The notes under the pieces are model-generated. The model made no database searches. It had not been told where the DNA came from and saw only the letters and a program-made list of their open reading frames with translations. DNA of 56,646 bases from an uncultured Clostridium sp. (lineage in GTDB: Bacteria > Bacillota_I > Bacilli_A > RF39 > UBA660): positions 1-56,646 of the forward strand of contig CAZTEJ010000001.1 of assembly GCA_964612605.1 (NCBI GenBank), read 5' to 3'. The translations under genes were made by a program, and so were the position numbers. Numbering within the stretch: position 1 is the stretch's first letter; each line of letters opens with the position of its first letter. Positions 1-10,520 of this stretch are shown here, one piece after another.

Positions 1-54
1 CTTAATAGCCTCAGGTCTAGTCCCAAACACACTCATTACTTTAATTTTTTTCAT
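1..54 (-). CDS. mnaA: UDP-N-acetylglucosamine 2-epimerase, first 18 codons only (gene continues past the left edge)
   Basis: Minus-strand ATG at 54..52 reads MKKIKVMSVFGTRPEAIK. VFGTRPEAIK is the conserved N-terminus of WecB/MnaA epimerases. It lies at the end of a teichoic-acid-type cluster. Confidence 0.6.
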   Translation of the reverse strand, partial: MKKIKVMSVFGTRPEAIK

Positions 55-58
55 TAAA

Positions 59-1786
59 TTACCTCATAAATATTTTATTAACAAATCTTTTTATACAATA
101 AATTAAACCCTTATCTTTAAATACACCAAACCATCTCCTCATTCTAGATTGATTAATTACATAATCATTATCAGAACAATTATAAAGAGAACTTACTAAA
201 GTATAAAAACCATAACACATCTTAGATAATTCTTTTAGTTTAGTTGAATAAAAATCATCATTAATTAAAAATCTTAAAATACACTTTGTTCCCTCAATTT
301 GTTTATTAACATCAAAAAATGAAGTATCATCATCAACATTAACAATAGTTAAGTAATCATCATAATATAAAGGAACAGTCTCTTTAAATAATTTTAAATA
401 GAAAATAACATCCTCTCCATACAAAACATCATTATCATATAAAATATTAGTATTCAAAAGAAAATCCCTTTTTATCATAACTGTAGGTGTAGCAATTAAA
501 CAATTCCAAATACAATTACTAATAATACTTTCATTGCTATAAGAACAATCAAACTTTACTTCACGATTATCAGAATACTTTCTAAAATAAGAAGTATAAC
601 TAAAATCTCCATTTCTTCTTAAAATATCAAGCAATTGATCTTCAATTTTATTATCTAAAAATAAATCATCTGAATCTAAAAAAACAATATATTCTCCACT
701 AGAAACATTAATACCAAAATTTCTAGAAAAAGAAACACCAGAATGATCATTATTTTTATAATACTTAATTTTTTTAGATTTAAATTTATTAACATTAATT
801 TTTGATTTTAAAGAATCATCAACAACAATAATTTCTAATTTTTTATGTGATTGATTTAATACAGATTTAATCGCATTATCAAACTCATTTTGATTATCAC
901 AAACAGGAATAATCACTGAAACTAAAATATCTTCAGCAATCTTCATAAACTCCTCATCATATTTACTTAATTTCTCATCTAAATATTCCAAAACATTATC
1001 AAAATTAGTAGTTTTAATAAACTTTCTCATTTCATAATAATAATTATAAACACTACCACATAATTTTATTTTAGTATCATCATCAAACCCTTCAATTAAG
1101 TCCTTCCACAAAATATTATTTTCAGAAACAACCTTAGGACTAGTATTCCCAGTTTGATTTTTATGCAGTCTAGTAGTAGCAAGTATTTTATCTTGATGAA
1201 CAAATTTATATTTCTTCATCATTCTATACCATAATTCATAATCCTGAGTACACCTTAAATCTTCACGAAAGTTTCCACACTCTAAGAAAGCATTCCTTGG
1301 AATTAACAATGTAATTCCATTAATTGCACCTCTTAAAAGAGCAAATTCCATTTTTTCATTTAATTCATTATGATCTAATATATTCTTTGCAAAAATAGAA
1401 GAATTTTCATCCATTAAATCATAATCAGAATATAATATAGTTTTTTCATCATAATTTTTTAAATATTTAATTTGAGATTCTACCTTATCAGGATAATACC
1501 TATCATCATGAGATAACCAAGAAAAATAATCACCACTCATATTTTCCAAAGCTAAATTCAAAGCAGTAGATACTCCGCCATTTTCCTTTTCAAAATATTT
1601 AATACTATCACCATAAGACAAAGCAATCTTCCTAGTAGCACCATTATCATCACTACCATCATTAACAACGATAATCTCAATATTATCATAAGTTTGATTT
1701 AAAGCACTATCAATCGCTTCTCTCATAAATTCTTTTCCTTTATAAACAGGAATTATTATAGACACTTTAGGATTCTTTTTCACCAT
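59..1786 (-). CDS. Glycosyltransferase with two tandem family-2 (GT-A) domains
   Basis: 575-aa ORF with two GT2 signatures (VSIIIPVYKG..IEIIVVNDGSDDNG..FSWLSHDD and VSVIIPVCDN..LEIIVVDD..IVFLDSDD). Overlaps the upstream GT gene by 20 nt. Confidence 0.8.
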   Translation of the reverse strand: MVKKNPKVSIIIPVYKGKEFMREAIDSALNQTYDNIEIIVVNDGSDDNGATRKIALSYGDSIKYFEKENGGVSTALNLALENMSGDYFSWLSHDDRYYPDKVESQIKYLKNYDEKTILYSDYDLMDENSSIFAKNILDHNELNEKMEFALLRGAINGITLLIPRNAFLECGNFREDLRCTQDYELWYRMMKKYKFVHQDKILATTRLHKNQTGNTSPKVVSENNILWKDLIEGFDDDTKIKLCGSVYNYYYEMRKFIKTTNFDNVLEYLDEKLSKYDEEFMKIAEDILVSVIIPVCDNQNEFDNAIKSVLNQSHKKLEIIVVDDSLKSKINVNKFKSKKIKYYKNNDHSGVSFSRNFGINVSSGEYIVFLDSDDLFLDNKIEDQLLDILRRNGDFSYTSYFRKYSDNREVKFDCSYSNESIISNCIWNCLIATPTVMIKRDFLLNTNILYDNDVLYGEDVIFYLKLFKETVPLYYDDYLTIVNVDDDTSFFDVNKQIEGTKCILRFLINDDFYSTKLKELSKMCYGFYTLVSSLYNCSDNDYVINQSRMRRWFGVFKDKGLIYCIKRFVNKIFMR

Positions 1787-4430
1787 TACACCTCATTTCA
1801 GTAATTTTATTTACCATATATTCCTTTCCATTATTTTTATAAAAAGCTTTAATTTTTTCATAAAACATATTAATATTAGACTCTAACTTCTTAATATCAC
1901 TTTCTGTAATATGGGATAAAATATCTAAATTTTTTTCATCAGACAACTTAATAACATCAGGTGAAGTATTCGTTACCTGTAAAGAATGAATTCGAATAGA
2001 CGCAGTATCATAAGGAATATTAACAAAACTATATTTATTAAATATTCTACTCCACATATCTCTTTCCTGAGTAATTCTCATAGACTCATTAAAATATCCA
2101 ATTTCATTAAAAACACTTTTCTTAATTAATACAGAACCACCATTAATCTCCCCCATTAATAAATTATAAATACTACTAACAACAGAAATTTTATAATCAG
2201 ATGTATTAATTTGAGCAGATATAGTTTTATCAAAATTAATATCTCCATTTTCATCAATAACCTTAAAATTAACATAAGGAATTTTATTATAATTTTCTTT
2301 ATAAGAAACAAATTCGACAAGTTTCTCAATATGATTATAATCAATTAAATCATCATGAGAAAGCCAAGAAAAATATTCACCAGACATTTTTTTAATTCCA
2401 AAATTTAACGCACTAGATACTCCACCATTTTCTTTTTCAAAATACTTAATCTTATCACCATAAGATAAAGCTATATCCCTAGTAGCTCCATTATCATTAC
2501 TACCATCATTAACAACAATAATTTCAATATTACTATAAGATTGTACTAAAGCACTATCAATCGCACTATTTAAATAATTAGATGCATTATAAGCAGGAAT
2601 TATAATAGAAACTAAAGGATTATAATTCTTTACTTTATGCATATTACTCAAAGATTCCTCATACAATAATTTATTTAAATTAGAATTAAAATTCCATAAA
2701 TTATACTCTAAACTTTTATACATATTATAAAATGAAGTTTCAACTCTATTAATATTTGATTCACAAGAATTAAGATTATTAGTTAATAATAAAATATCTT
2801 TACTAATATTATTTATATTATTACTTAAAATATTAACTCTACAATCCAAATCAGAAAGATTATTTTTAATATCTGTTAAAAATATTCTTCTCTTAATTTT
2901 TCGTAACCCTCTATACATAAAAGATGATTTAATAGCACAATTAATATAATTTACTCTTTCCAAACTTACCGTCTTATTATAAAGCTCAACATTAAATAAT
3001 TTAATAATTTTTTCAACATTACTATCACAATAATCAATATTATTAACATTACCAACATCAACTCTTAAATATTTAAAAATATTAAGTTCATCCTCATCAG
3101 GCAAAATATTTAAATATAATTTTTTTAAAAAATACAAAACATTTTGAACATTATAATCATTATAATCAACCTCATACCTATCAACAAAATGTTTTTTTAA
3201 TTTATACTTTTGTCTTTCATAAGCATCATCATATATTTTTTTTAAACCAGATTCATAAATATTTATATCATATTTTTCTTTAACTAGATTAAATCCTTTA
3301 TTTCCTCTATCAATTCTTTCAACACTATTATTAATTAACAACTCAATTTTATTAGCCAAATCCTTAGAATCAAGATTCTTTACCAATACACCAACATCAG
3401 GTACATTAGTAACATCAGGTAAAGATGTATTATCAAAAACAACAACAGGTAACTTAGCAGCCATTGCCTCAATAGCCATCATACCAAAACTTTCCCCAAG
3501 AGATGGCATTAAAAATATATCAGCAACACCATAACAATCTAAAATTTTATCTTCATCAATATAACCTAATTCAATAAGTTGATATTTATTATCTAAATTA
3601 CCCAATAAACCGCAACTACCACAAGTTAATAAAGTAATTCCCTGATAAACATTTAACATATTTAAAGCATCAACAACATAAGCAATTCCCTTTTCCTCAG
3701 CTGATCTACAAAAAATAACAATATTATTATCTTTAATCCCATACTTCTTTTTTAAAATATCTTTCCTATCACTACAATTAGAATACTTACTTACATCAAT
3801 ACCAAAAGGCAACAAATGAACATGAGCATTTTTAAAATAAGGACTCTTCTTTACCAAATTAAGCATAAATTTACTAGAAACAATATAATCAGCATCAGCT
3901 TCAGTTACAAATTTATTCTTAATATTCCACAAAGAAGAACAATTATCAATCTTAAATGGAAACAAAGTATTTAAATTATCACATTTACAACACCCTTTAA
4001 TCCATTTCTCACATTTATCGGGATGAACACACCTTCCAGTCAAAAACCATGGATCATGTAAACTAATAACTGAAGGCTTACTTTTAATCATATTGCACAA
4101 TTCATATAAACCCAAATGAGCATTATGAATTTGATGATAATGAACCAAATCAGCATCTTTATAATATTTATTAGAGTTTAAATAACCAGCAGAAATAGAT
4201 AACAAAGAATGAACAGATAACAAATCATTAGATTCTTTATATAACAAATAATCAATATCTTTTCCAATTTTATTTTTAAAAATTTCACCAACAAAATCCT
4301 CCTTAGAATACTTATTAATTACAAGTTGTTTAACATTATAATTATCATCTAAATTAAAATGTTCAGCAATATCATAACCATTAAAAATCTTTCCATAAAT
4401 ATCATTGTCATTAACTTCCAAAATTTTCAT
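1767..4430 (-). CDS. Multidomain glycosyltransferase: N-terminal GT4 (GT-B) domain, Asn-rich/coiled linker, C-terminal GT2 domain
   Basis: 887-aa ORF. GT4-type motif GESFGMMAIEAMAAKLPVVVFD in the first half. C-terminal VSIIIPAYNAS..IEIIVVNDGSNDNG..FSWLSHDD is GT2. Confidence 0.8.
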   Translation of the reverse strand: MKILEVNDNDIYGKIFNGYDIAEHFNLDDNYNVKQLVINKYSKEDFVGEIFKNKIGKDIDYLLYKESNDLLSVHSLLSISAGYLNSNKYYKDADLVHYHQIHNAHLGLYELCNMIKSKPSVISLHDPWFLTGRCVHPDKCEKWIKGCCKCDNLNTLFPFKIDNCSSLWNIKNKFVTEADADYIVSSKFMLNLVKKSPYFKNAHVHLLPFGIDVSKYSNCSDRKDILKKKYGIKDNNIVIFCRSAEEKGIAYVVDALNMLNVYQGITLLTCGSCGLLGNLDNKYQLIELGYIDEDKILDCYGVADIFLMPSLGESFGMMAIEAMAAKLPVVVFDNTSLPDVTNVPDVGVLVKNLDSKDLANKIELLINNSVERIDRGNKGFNLVKEKYDINIYESGLKKIYDDAYERQKYKLKKHFVDRYEVDYNDYNVQNVLYFLKKLYLNILPDEDELNIFKYLRVDVGNVNNIDYCDSNVEKIIKLFNVELYNKTVSLERVNYINCAIKSSFMYRGLRKIKRRIFLTDIKNNLSDLDCRVNILSNNINNISKDILLLTNNLNSCESNINRVETSFYNMYKSLEYNLWNFNSNLNKLLYEESLSNMHKVKNYNPLVSIIIPAYNASNYLNSAIDSALVQSYSNIEIIVVNDGSNDNGATRDIALSYGDKIKYFEKENGGVSSALNFGIKKMSGEYFSWLSHDDLIDYNHIEKLVEFVSYKENYNKIPYVNFKVIDENGDINFDKTISAQINTSDYKISVVSSIYNLLMGEINGGSVLIKKSVFNEIGYFNESMRITQERDMWSRIFNKYSFVNIPYDTASIRIHSLQVTNTSPDVIKLSDEKNLDILSHITESDIKKLESNINMFYEKIKAFYKNNGKEYMVNKITEMRCNGEKES

Positions 4431-4441
4431 ATTATACCTCC

Positions 4442-5659
4442 CTATATTTTAGTTTTTAATAATTTATTATTAATTTTTCTCCACTTATTTACAAAATATG
4501 TTCCCTTTTCCATAATAAGTTTATCATGATATTCACTACCACTATGAGTAGTTTGATGAGGAATATGAGTAATCCCTAAAGAAGGACAATACCACATTTT
4601 GTAACCTTCATTCCTTACCTTTAAAGAAAGATCAGTATCTTCATAACAAGTCGGGTCATAATTAATATCAAACCCCTCTATCTCATTAAACAAATCACGC
4701 TCTATTAACATACCACCACTACCTAAATATCCTAAATCACATCTAGCAAGACCACAAACAGGCATATATCTAAAATTAAAGTTATCAACTACATGATAAG
4801 CATAACCTTTGTTATTAAACCAACCACCAGTCCATCCAATAATGCCATATTCAACATTACTCATCAACATAGAATAAGAATGCAACCAATAAAAATAATT
4901 TGGGTATTGATCACTATCTAAAAACATTATATATTTTCGATTAGAATACTTAACACCTAAATTTCTTCCACTAGAACAACCATTAACACTATTTTTTACC
5001 AATAATACATTTTTATAATGATCTCTTATAAATTCAAAAGAACCATCAGTACTATTATTATCAACAACAATAATATTATATTTATAATATTTACTATACT
5101 TAATTAACATATCTAAACATTTAGTTATAATATTCAAATTATTATAATTTAAAACTACAATAGATAAATTATCATATAACACATTATTCAAAGGATTATC
5201 AACAACCAAAGCCCATAACTTATCAATAAAAGAATAATCATAAGACTTATAATGATTAATTTTAATAGACCTTTCTATTTTAACAGAAGAAGCATTTAAT
5301 ATAATAGAATTATCAAAAAACACATCATTTATATTATTTAAAAATTTTTGAAAATTTAAAACAGAATTTATTGGAATCTTATTATTATAAGTATTAAGAT
5401 AATAACAATTAACAACAAAACCATTATCATTCAATAATTCACATAATTTATAAATATTAGAATTACAATCAAATAACGGATTATCAGTAATAAGAGAAAC
5501 AACATTCTTCTTTAAAAATATAGTTTCTTTTTCTTTATCAGAAAATTTATATTCACCACAATAATTATATTTGAAAATATTATTTATAAAACGATAAATT
5601 TTTTTTATTAACTCTCTAAATCCAAAAACTTTATAATAATTATAAATTTTTTTAACCAT
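4442..5659 (-). CDS. Family-2 glycosyltransferase (GT2 domain in the C-terminal half)
   Basis: 405-aa ORF with LSIVVLNYNN..IIVVDNNSTDGS..IMFLDSDQ motifs. Lies in the glycopolymer cluster. Confidence 0.75.
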   Translation of the reverse strand: MVKKIYNYYKVFGFRELIKKIYRFINNIFKYNYCGEYKFSDKEKETIFLKKNVVSLITDNPLFDCNSNIYKLCELLNDNGFVVNCYYLNTYNNKIPINSVLNFQKFLNNINDVFFDNSIILNASSVKIERSIKINHYKSYDYSFIDKLWALVVDNPLNNVLYDNLSIVVLNYNNLNIITKCLDMLIKYSKYYKYNIIVVDNNSTDGSFEFIRDHYKNVLLVKNSVNGCSSGRNLGVKYSNRKYIMFLDSDQYPNYFYWLHSYSMLMSNVEYGIIGWTGGWFNNKGYAYHVVDNFNFRYMPVCGLARCDLGYLGSGGMLIERDLFNEIEGFDINYDPTCYEDTDLSLKVRNEGYKMWYCPSLGITHIPHQTTHSGSEYHDKLIMEKGTYFVNKWRKINNKLLKTKI

Positions 5660-5665
5660 ACCCCT

Positions 5666-6430
5666 CTACTTTCCTTCCATAAATTTTAAATATTCATCAC
5701 AAACTTCTTTTCCACCTATTTTTTGAACAACACCATGTTCAATCCATACAACTCTATCACACATTTTTCTTATTTGTTCAACAGAATGAGAAACAAATAA
5801 CACTGTTGTTCCTCCTCCAATCATATCAAGCATCTTAGCTTCACTCTTAGCTTGAAAAGCAATATCACCAACAGATAAAATTTCATCAACAATTAATATT
5901 TCTGGATCAACAATAGTAGCGATACTAAAAGCGAGTCTAGCAACCATACCCGATGAAAAATTTTGAACAGGAACGTTCATAAAATTTTCAAGTTCTGAAA
6001 ACTTCACAATTTCATCATACTTCTCATCTATTAATTCTTTGGAATATCCCATAACTGCCCCATTCAAATATATATTCTCACTAGCAGTTAACTGTGGGTC
6101 AAATCCTGCACCAAGTTCAATCATTGGACAAATATTACCAAAAGCATTAACTCTACCTTTTGTTGGTTTCATAACACCAGCAACAACCTTTAACAAAGTG
6201 CTCTTACCAGCCCCATTACTACCAATAAATCCAACAACTTCACCTTTATAAACTTTAAAATCAACATCCTTTAAAGCCCAAAATTCATTATTCTTCTTTT
6301 CTTTTTTCTTATCTTTCTTACCTAAATCAACAAACCATTGCTTAAGTGAAAATCCCTTTTCAATTCCTAAATTAAACCTCATAGAAACATTATTAACATC
6401 AATCATAACATCTTTATTCTTATTTGCCAT
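5666..6430 (-). CDS. tagH: Teichoic-acid/polysaccharide export ABC transporter ATP-binding protein
   Basis: Walker A GSNGAGKST, signature-like FSSGMVARL, Walker B ILIVDEILSVGD. Directly downstream of an ABC-2 permease gene. Confidence 0.85.
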   Translation of the reverse strand: MANKNKDVMIDVNNVSMRFNLGIEKGFSLKQWFVDLGKKDKKKEKKNNEFWALKDVDFKVYKGEVVGFIGSNGAGKSTLLKVVAGVMKPTKGRVNAFGNICPMIELGAGFDPQLTASENIYLNGAVMGYSKELIDEKYDEIVKFSELENFMNVPVQNFSSGMVARLAFSIATIVDPEILIVDEILSVGDIAFQAKSEAKMLDMIGGGTTVLFVSHSVEQIRKMCDRVVWIEHGVVQKIGGKEVCDEYLKFMEGK

Positions 6431-6441
6431 AACACCACCAC

Positions 6442-7239
6442 CTAAACATAATAAATAAACTTATCTTGATTCTTTTTAAATAAAATACATCCAATTCCAA
6501 ATATCAAGATAGCCGAAACACCACATCCAGCAAACTGACCAATAGTTGGACAATTACCATATAAAATAATACTTCTAGCAAAATTAATAAATTGATACAT
6601 CGGATTAAACTTCATAATAAATTGTAAAGTCGTATTACCAATCGTATTAATATCATACATAATTGGTGTTAAATAAGTCCATATAGTAGTAATAATTCCA
6701 TAAATATAAAACATATCTCTTAAAAAAACAGATATTGTAGATAAAATAAATCCCATACCTACAGTAAACAAAAATAAACAAACAAAAGAATATGGAAGTA
6801 ATAAGTGATACCAATTAAGTCCAGTACCAGTAAATAAAATTACTAAATACAAAGGAATTAATGTTAACAAAAAATTAATACCAACAAATAAACACTTACT
6901 AAGTGGGAAAATATACTTAGGAATATAAACTTTATTAATTAAACTAAAATTAGCAACCACACTACTCATAGCTAAATTACTTGCTTCTGTAAAGTAATTA
7001 AAATAAGTAAGCCCAATCATCAAATATGCTAAATAACTAACACCAGGAGTAGACATTCTAAACACATTTGAAAACACAATAGCCATAACAGCCATCATTA
7101 AAATTGGATACAACAAACTCCAAACAACCCCTAAAACACTTCTTTTATACTTAACCTTAAAATCCCTTGAAACCAACTGTTCAAGTAAAAACGCATATTT
7201 CATATAAACATATTTTAAATTATTTACTATCTTTTTCAT
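6442..7239 (-). CDS. tagG: Teichoic-acid/polysaccharide export ABC-2 type permease
   Basis: 265-aa polytopic membrane ORF with several long hydrophobic segments, paired with the TagH-like ATPase. Confidence 0.8.
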   Translation of the reverse strand: MKKIVNNLKYVYMKYAFLLEQLVSRDFKVKYKRSVLGVVWSLLYPILMMAVMAIVFSNVFRMSTPGVSYLAYLMIGLTYFNYFTEASNLAMSSVVANFSLINKVYIPKYIFPLSKCLFVGINFLLTLIPLYLVILFTGTGLNWYHLLLPYSFVCLFLFTVGMGFILSTISVFLRDMFYIYGIITTIWTYLTPIMYDINTIGNTTLQFIMKFNPMYQFINFARSIILYGNCPTIGQFAGCGVSAILIFGIGCILFKKNQDKFIYYV

Positions 7240-7303
7240 AACTTTCCTCTAAATAATTATACTAAAATTTATATCATGTATCAAGTTTTAGACATCTAAA
7301 ACA

Positions 7304-7331
7304 TAAAAAAACCAATATCTAACTATTGGTT
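7304..7331 (-). terminator. Rho-independent terminator after the membrane::TagA gene
   Basis: 8-bp stem AACCAATA/TATTGGTT (7310..7317 and 7324..7331) with a 6-nt loop. On the minus strand it is followed by a T-run (plus-strand A-run 7305..7311). Confidence 0.6.
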
Positions 7332-9421
7332 TAATCACTATTTTTAAAAATCAATAAATATAAATACTTAATAATTTTAATATTTTCTTTAACTCTCTTT
7401 GGTTCCTTAATCATCCTATATAACCATTCTAAATGCAATCTTTGATAAATTAAAGGAGCCCTTTCCTTAAAACCAGATACTACATCAAAAGTACCACCAA
7501 CAGGCATAATAACATCTAAATCATTAAATAACTCAATATTATCAATAATAAACTCTTCTTGCTTAGGAGAACCAAGAGCAACAAATAAATAATCAGGTTT
7601 ACACTTCTTAATATCATCCAAAACATAATTAACATCACTATAACCATCACAATAACCACATATATTAATATTTTTATATTTCTTCCTTAAACTACTAACA
7701 CACATCTTTAAAACATCTTTCTTAGTTCCATATAAATATATTTTCTTATCATATTTACAAGCATTATCAACTAACTTATAAAACATATCAACACCAGTTA
7801 TCTGCTTATAACCACTATTCCCCTTAATTTTCAACCCTAATATAGTCCCATAACCATCAGCAATATTATACTTTTCTCTATTAATAATCTTCTTATAATC
7901 TTTTCTCTCATAAAAATTAACCATAATAATCGGATTAATATTAAATATTATATTTAATTTATTATCTTTATTTATTTTATCAATAATTTTATCACTATCA
8001 TACTTACAAATATTATAACCAAGTACCTTACTAGATTTTTCTTTAGTAACCTCATTATACAATAACCCTAACATAAAAGATAAAGGAATAATACTAGATA
8101 AAGCATTAAGCATATTACCACTATAATAACAAAGACATAAATCAATTCCTATCCCAACTATTAACATACCATTAAGAAAATTTAACTTATATTCTAAATT
8201 AAATAAGATTTTAAAAATAGATTTAATTAATATAACAAAATAAAAACCAATAAATACTATAATACCTAAAATACCAATACTATAATACTGCATAACATAA
8301 TCTTTCTCTATATTACATATATCTATAATTCTATAATAACCAGCACCTAATAAAGAAACATTCTTAACATTATTAACCTCAATATTTCTCTTAGCAATCA
8401 ACTCTTCAATTAATCTAGAATCTTCAAATTCAATATCTAAATTAACCAAATTATCCCAAAACTCTACATCATTTTCATAAGGATAATAATTATCAATAAA
8501 ATTATTATTTAAATATTTACTAATTAATATATCTCTTGTACTAACATCAACTATTACATCATCTTCAATAACTTTTTCACTATAACCTAAATTATCATAA
8601 AAAACATATCTAGAATTTATAGGAGCATAATAAAGAAATATATTAATAAATATCATACTACCCAATAATATAAAAATAAACTTAAGAGAAACCTTCTCTT
8701 TTTTATATTTACAAATAACTAAATAATAAATAAAACTAACAATTAATATCAACAATGGTCCAATAGAAGAAGCCCTATTCCCCACCATCAACATTGATAA
8801 ACTACAAACATTAAGTAAAATAATATCACTTATTTTATTATTTATTCTTATCTCATTAATAATTAAAGGAAAAAATAAAACTACAACTCCAACAATCTGA
8901 TTAGCTAAATGAAAATAACCCTTATTACTAAAATCTTCAAAATAACCATTTATCTTACTAAACCAATCAAATATATTATATTTAAAACCATTAAAACTAT
9001 AAGAAGAATACCCTAACTTAAAAATATTACAAAAAATAATACTTCCACAAATAAACCATAAAATATATTTAATAAATTTAATAGACTTATTATAATCAAT
9101 TTTTAACCAATAAACATTATAAAACACTAATAAACCACAAATCATCTTAATAATATATAATACTTCCTTAACTAACTCATACTTTATATTAAATAAATGT
9201 AAAACAGAATAAATTAAAATAAATATGAAATAAATAACTATTTTTTTTCTATCTTCTTTATTACTAAATTTCCAAAAACTTATTCCAAAAAACAAATAAA
9301 TAATTATAACTCTTATTAAAGAAGATATATTATTATAAAAAATATGTAAATCTAATATACTAGAAAAACATAAAAAGAATAAAACCAAATATCCCATTCT
9401 ATCTTTATTAATCTTTTTCAT
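7331..9421 (-). CDS. Fusion protein: large polytopic membrane domain (O-antigen-ligase/polymerase-like) plus C-terminal WecB/TagA/CpsF (GT26) glycosyltransferase
   Basis: 696 aa. The first ~460 aa are almost entirely hydrophobic helices. The C-terminus carries PDYLFVALGSPKQEEFI..MPVGGTFDVVSGFKERAP..LHLEWLYRMIKEPKR, typical of TagA-type N-acetylmannosaminyltransferases. Confidence 0.7.
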   Translation of the reverse strand: MKKINKDRMGYLVLFFLCFSSILDLHIFYNNISSLIRVIIIYLFFGISFWKFSNKEDRKKIVIYFIFILIYSVLHLFNIKYELVKEVLYIIKMICGLLVFYNVYWLKIDYNKSIKFIKYILWFICGSIIFCNIFKLGYSSYSFNGFKYNIFDWFSKINGYFEDFSNKGYFHLANQIVGVVVLFFPLIINEIRINNKISDIILLNVCSLSMLMVGNRASSIGPLLILIVSFIYYLVICKYKKEKVSLKFIFILLGSMIFINIFLYYAPINSRYVFYDNLGYSEKVIEDDVIVDVSTRDILISKYLNNNFIDNYYPYENDVEFWDNLVNLDIEFEDSRLIEELIAKRNIEVNNVKNVSLLGAGYYRIIDICNIEKDYVMQYYSIGILGIIVFIGFYFVILIKSIFKILFNLEYKLNFLNGMLIVGIGIDLCLCYYSGNMLNALSSIIPLSFMLGLLYNEVTKEKSSKVLGYNICKYDSDKIIDKINKDNKLNIIFNINPIIMVNFYERKDYKKIINREKYNIADGYGTILGLKIKGNSGYKQITGVDMFYKLVDNACKYDKKIYLYGTKKDVLKMCVSSLRKKYKNINICGYCDGYSDVNYVLDDIKKCKPDYLFVALGSPKQEEFIIDNIELFNDLDVIMPVGGTFDVVSGFKERAPLIYQRLHLEWLYRMIKEPKRVKENIKIIKYLYLLIFKNSD

Positions 9422-9437
9422 ATAAACATCTTCCTAT

Positions 9438-10475
9438 TCATCTATTATGTTTAAATAAAATATCTGTTTTATATATAAGAAACAATATAATAACAAACAA
9501 AATTAAATATAATATAATTGCTATTTTATTAAATCCCAAAGCATATAAAATACTTATAACTGCACATAAAATATCTACTGCATATATAATTAACACTGTC
9601 TTCTTAGTAGACTTACTAACTTTAAGTAATTGATGATGTAAATGTTCTTTATCAGGCATTCCAATATTTTCACCTTTAAGAAATCTTCTAATAATTGCAA
9701 ATATAGTATCCAAAATAGGTAACAATAACACAATAATCGGAATAAATAAACTAGTAAAAGTTGCAGTTTTATATCCTAGTAAAGCAATAATTGCAATAAT
9801 AAATCCCAAAAAAGTACTTCCTGTATCTCCTAAAAACACTGAAGCAGGAGGTTTATTATAAACTAAAAAACCTAAACAAGACCCTAACATAATTACACAT
9901 AATAAAACATCAAGCCCATATATTCTATCCAACAAAACCGCAATGCATATTACACTAGCAAAAAATATTGCACTTATTCCTGAACATAATCCATCTAATC
10001 CATCTATTAAATTAATCGCATTAATTATTGCTAGAATAAAGAATACAGTCAAAGGATAACTAAACCATCCAAAATAAAAAGAAACACCCAATACGCTAAT
10101 ATTACTTAAAAGAATATTACCGTAAAACACAACTACACATGCTGCAACAATCTGAATAAATAACTTATATCTTGCCCTAATCGGTTTAATATCATCACAA
10201 ATTCCTAATAATATAATAATAAAACCACCAATTAACACGGAAATCATTTGCTCATTAACATATCCAAATAAAATATAACCAAACAAAAACGTTAAAAATA
10301 TAGCAAGACCTCCAAGCCTAGGCATAGGCTTACTATGAACCTTTCTCTCATTAGGTATATCAATCGCACCTATATGTTTAGCTACAACCTTTGACAAAGG
10401 AACCAAACACACACATACGACAAAAGATACCAATAATATTATCCAAATATTATATCCATTAATAACTATATTCAT
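9438..10475 (-). CDS. tagO: Undecaprenyl-phosphate GlcNAc-1-phosphate transferase (MraY/WecA family)
   Basis: 345-aa polytopic ORF with DDIKPI and NAINLIDGLDGL motifs of the WecA/TagO family, next to tagA/tagGH-like genes. Confidence 0.85.
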   Translation of the reverse strand: MNIVINGYNIWIILLVSFVVCVCLVPLSKVVAKHIGAIDIPNERKVHSKPMPRLGGLAIFLTFLFGYILFGYVNEQMISVLIGGFIIILLGICDDIKPIRARYKLFIQIVAACVVVFYGNILLSNISVLGVSFYFGWFSYPLTVFFILAIINAINLIDGLDGLCSGISAIFFASVICIAVLLDRIYGLDVLLCVIMLGSCLGFLVYNKPPASVFLGDTGSTFLGFIIAIIALLGYKTATFTSLFIPIIVLLLPILDTIFAIIRRFLKGENIGMPDKEHLHHQLLKVSKSTKKTVLIIYAVDILCAVISILYALGFNKIAIILYLILFVIILFLIYKTDILFKHNR

Positions 10476-10520
10476 TCTACATCACAACCTCATAATATCA
10501 AAAAATTTAAATACTGTCTA

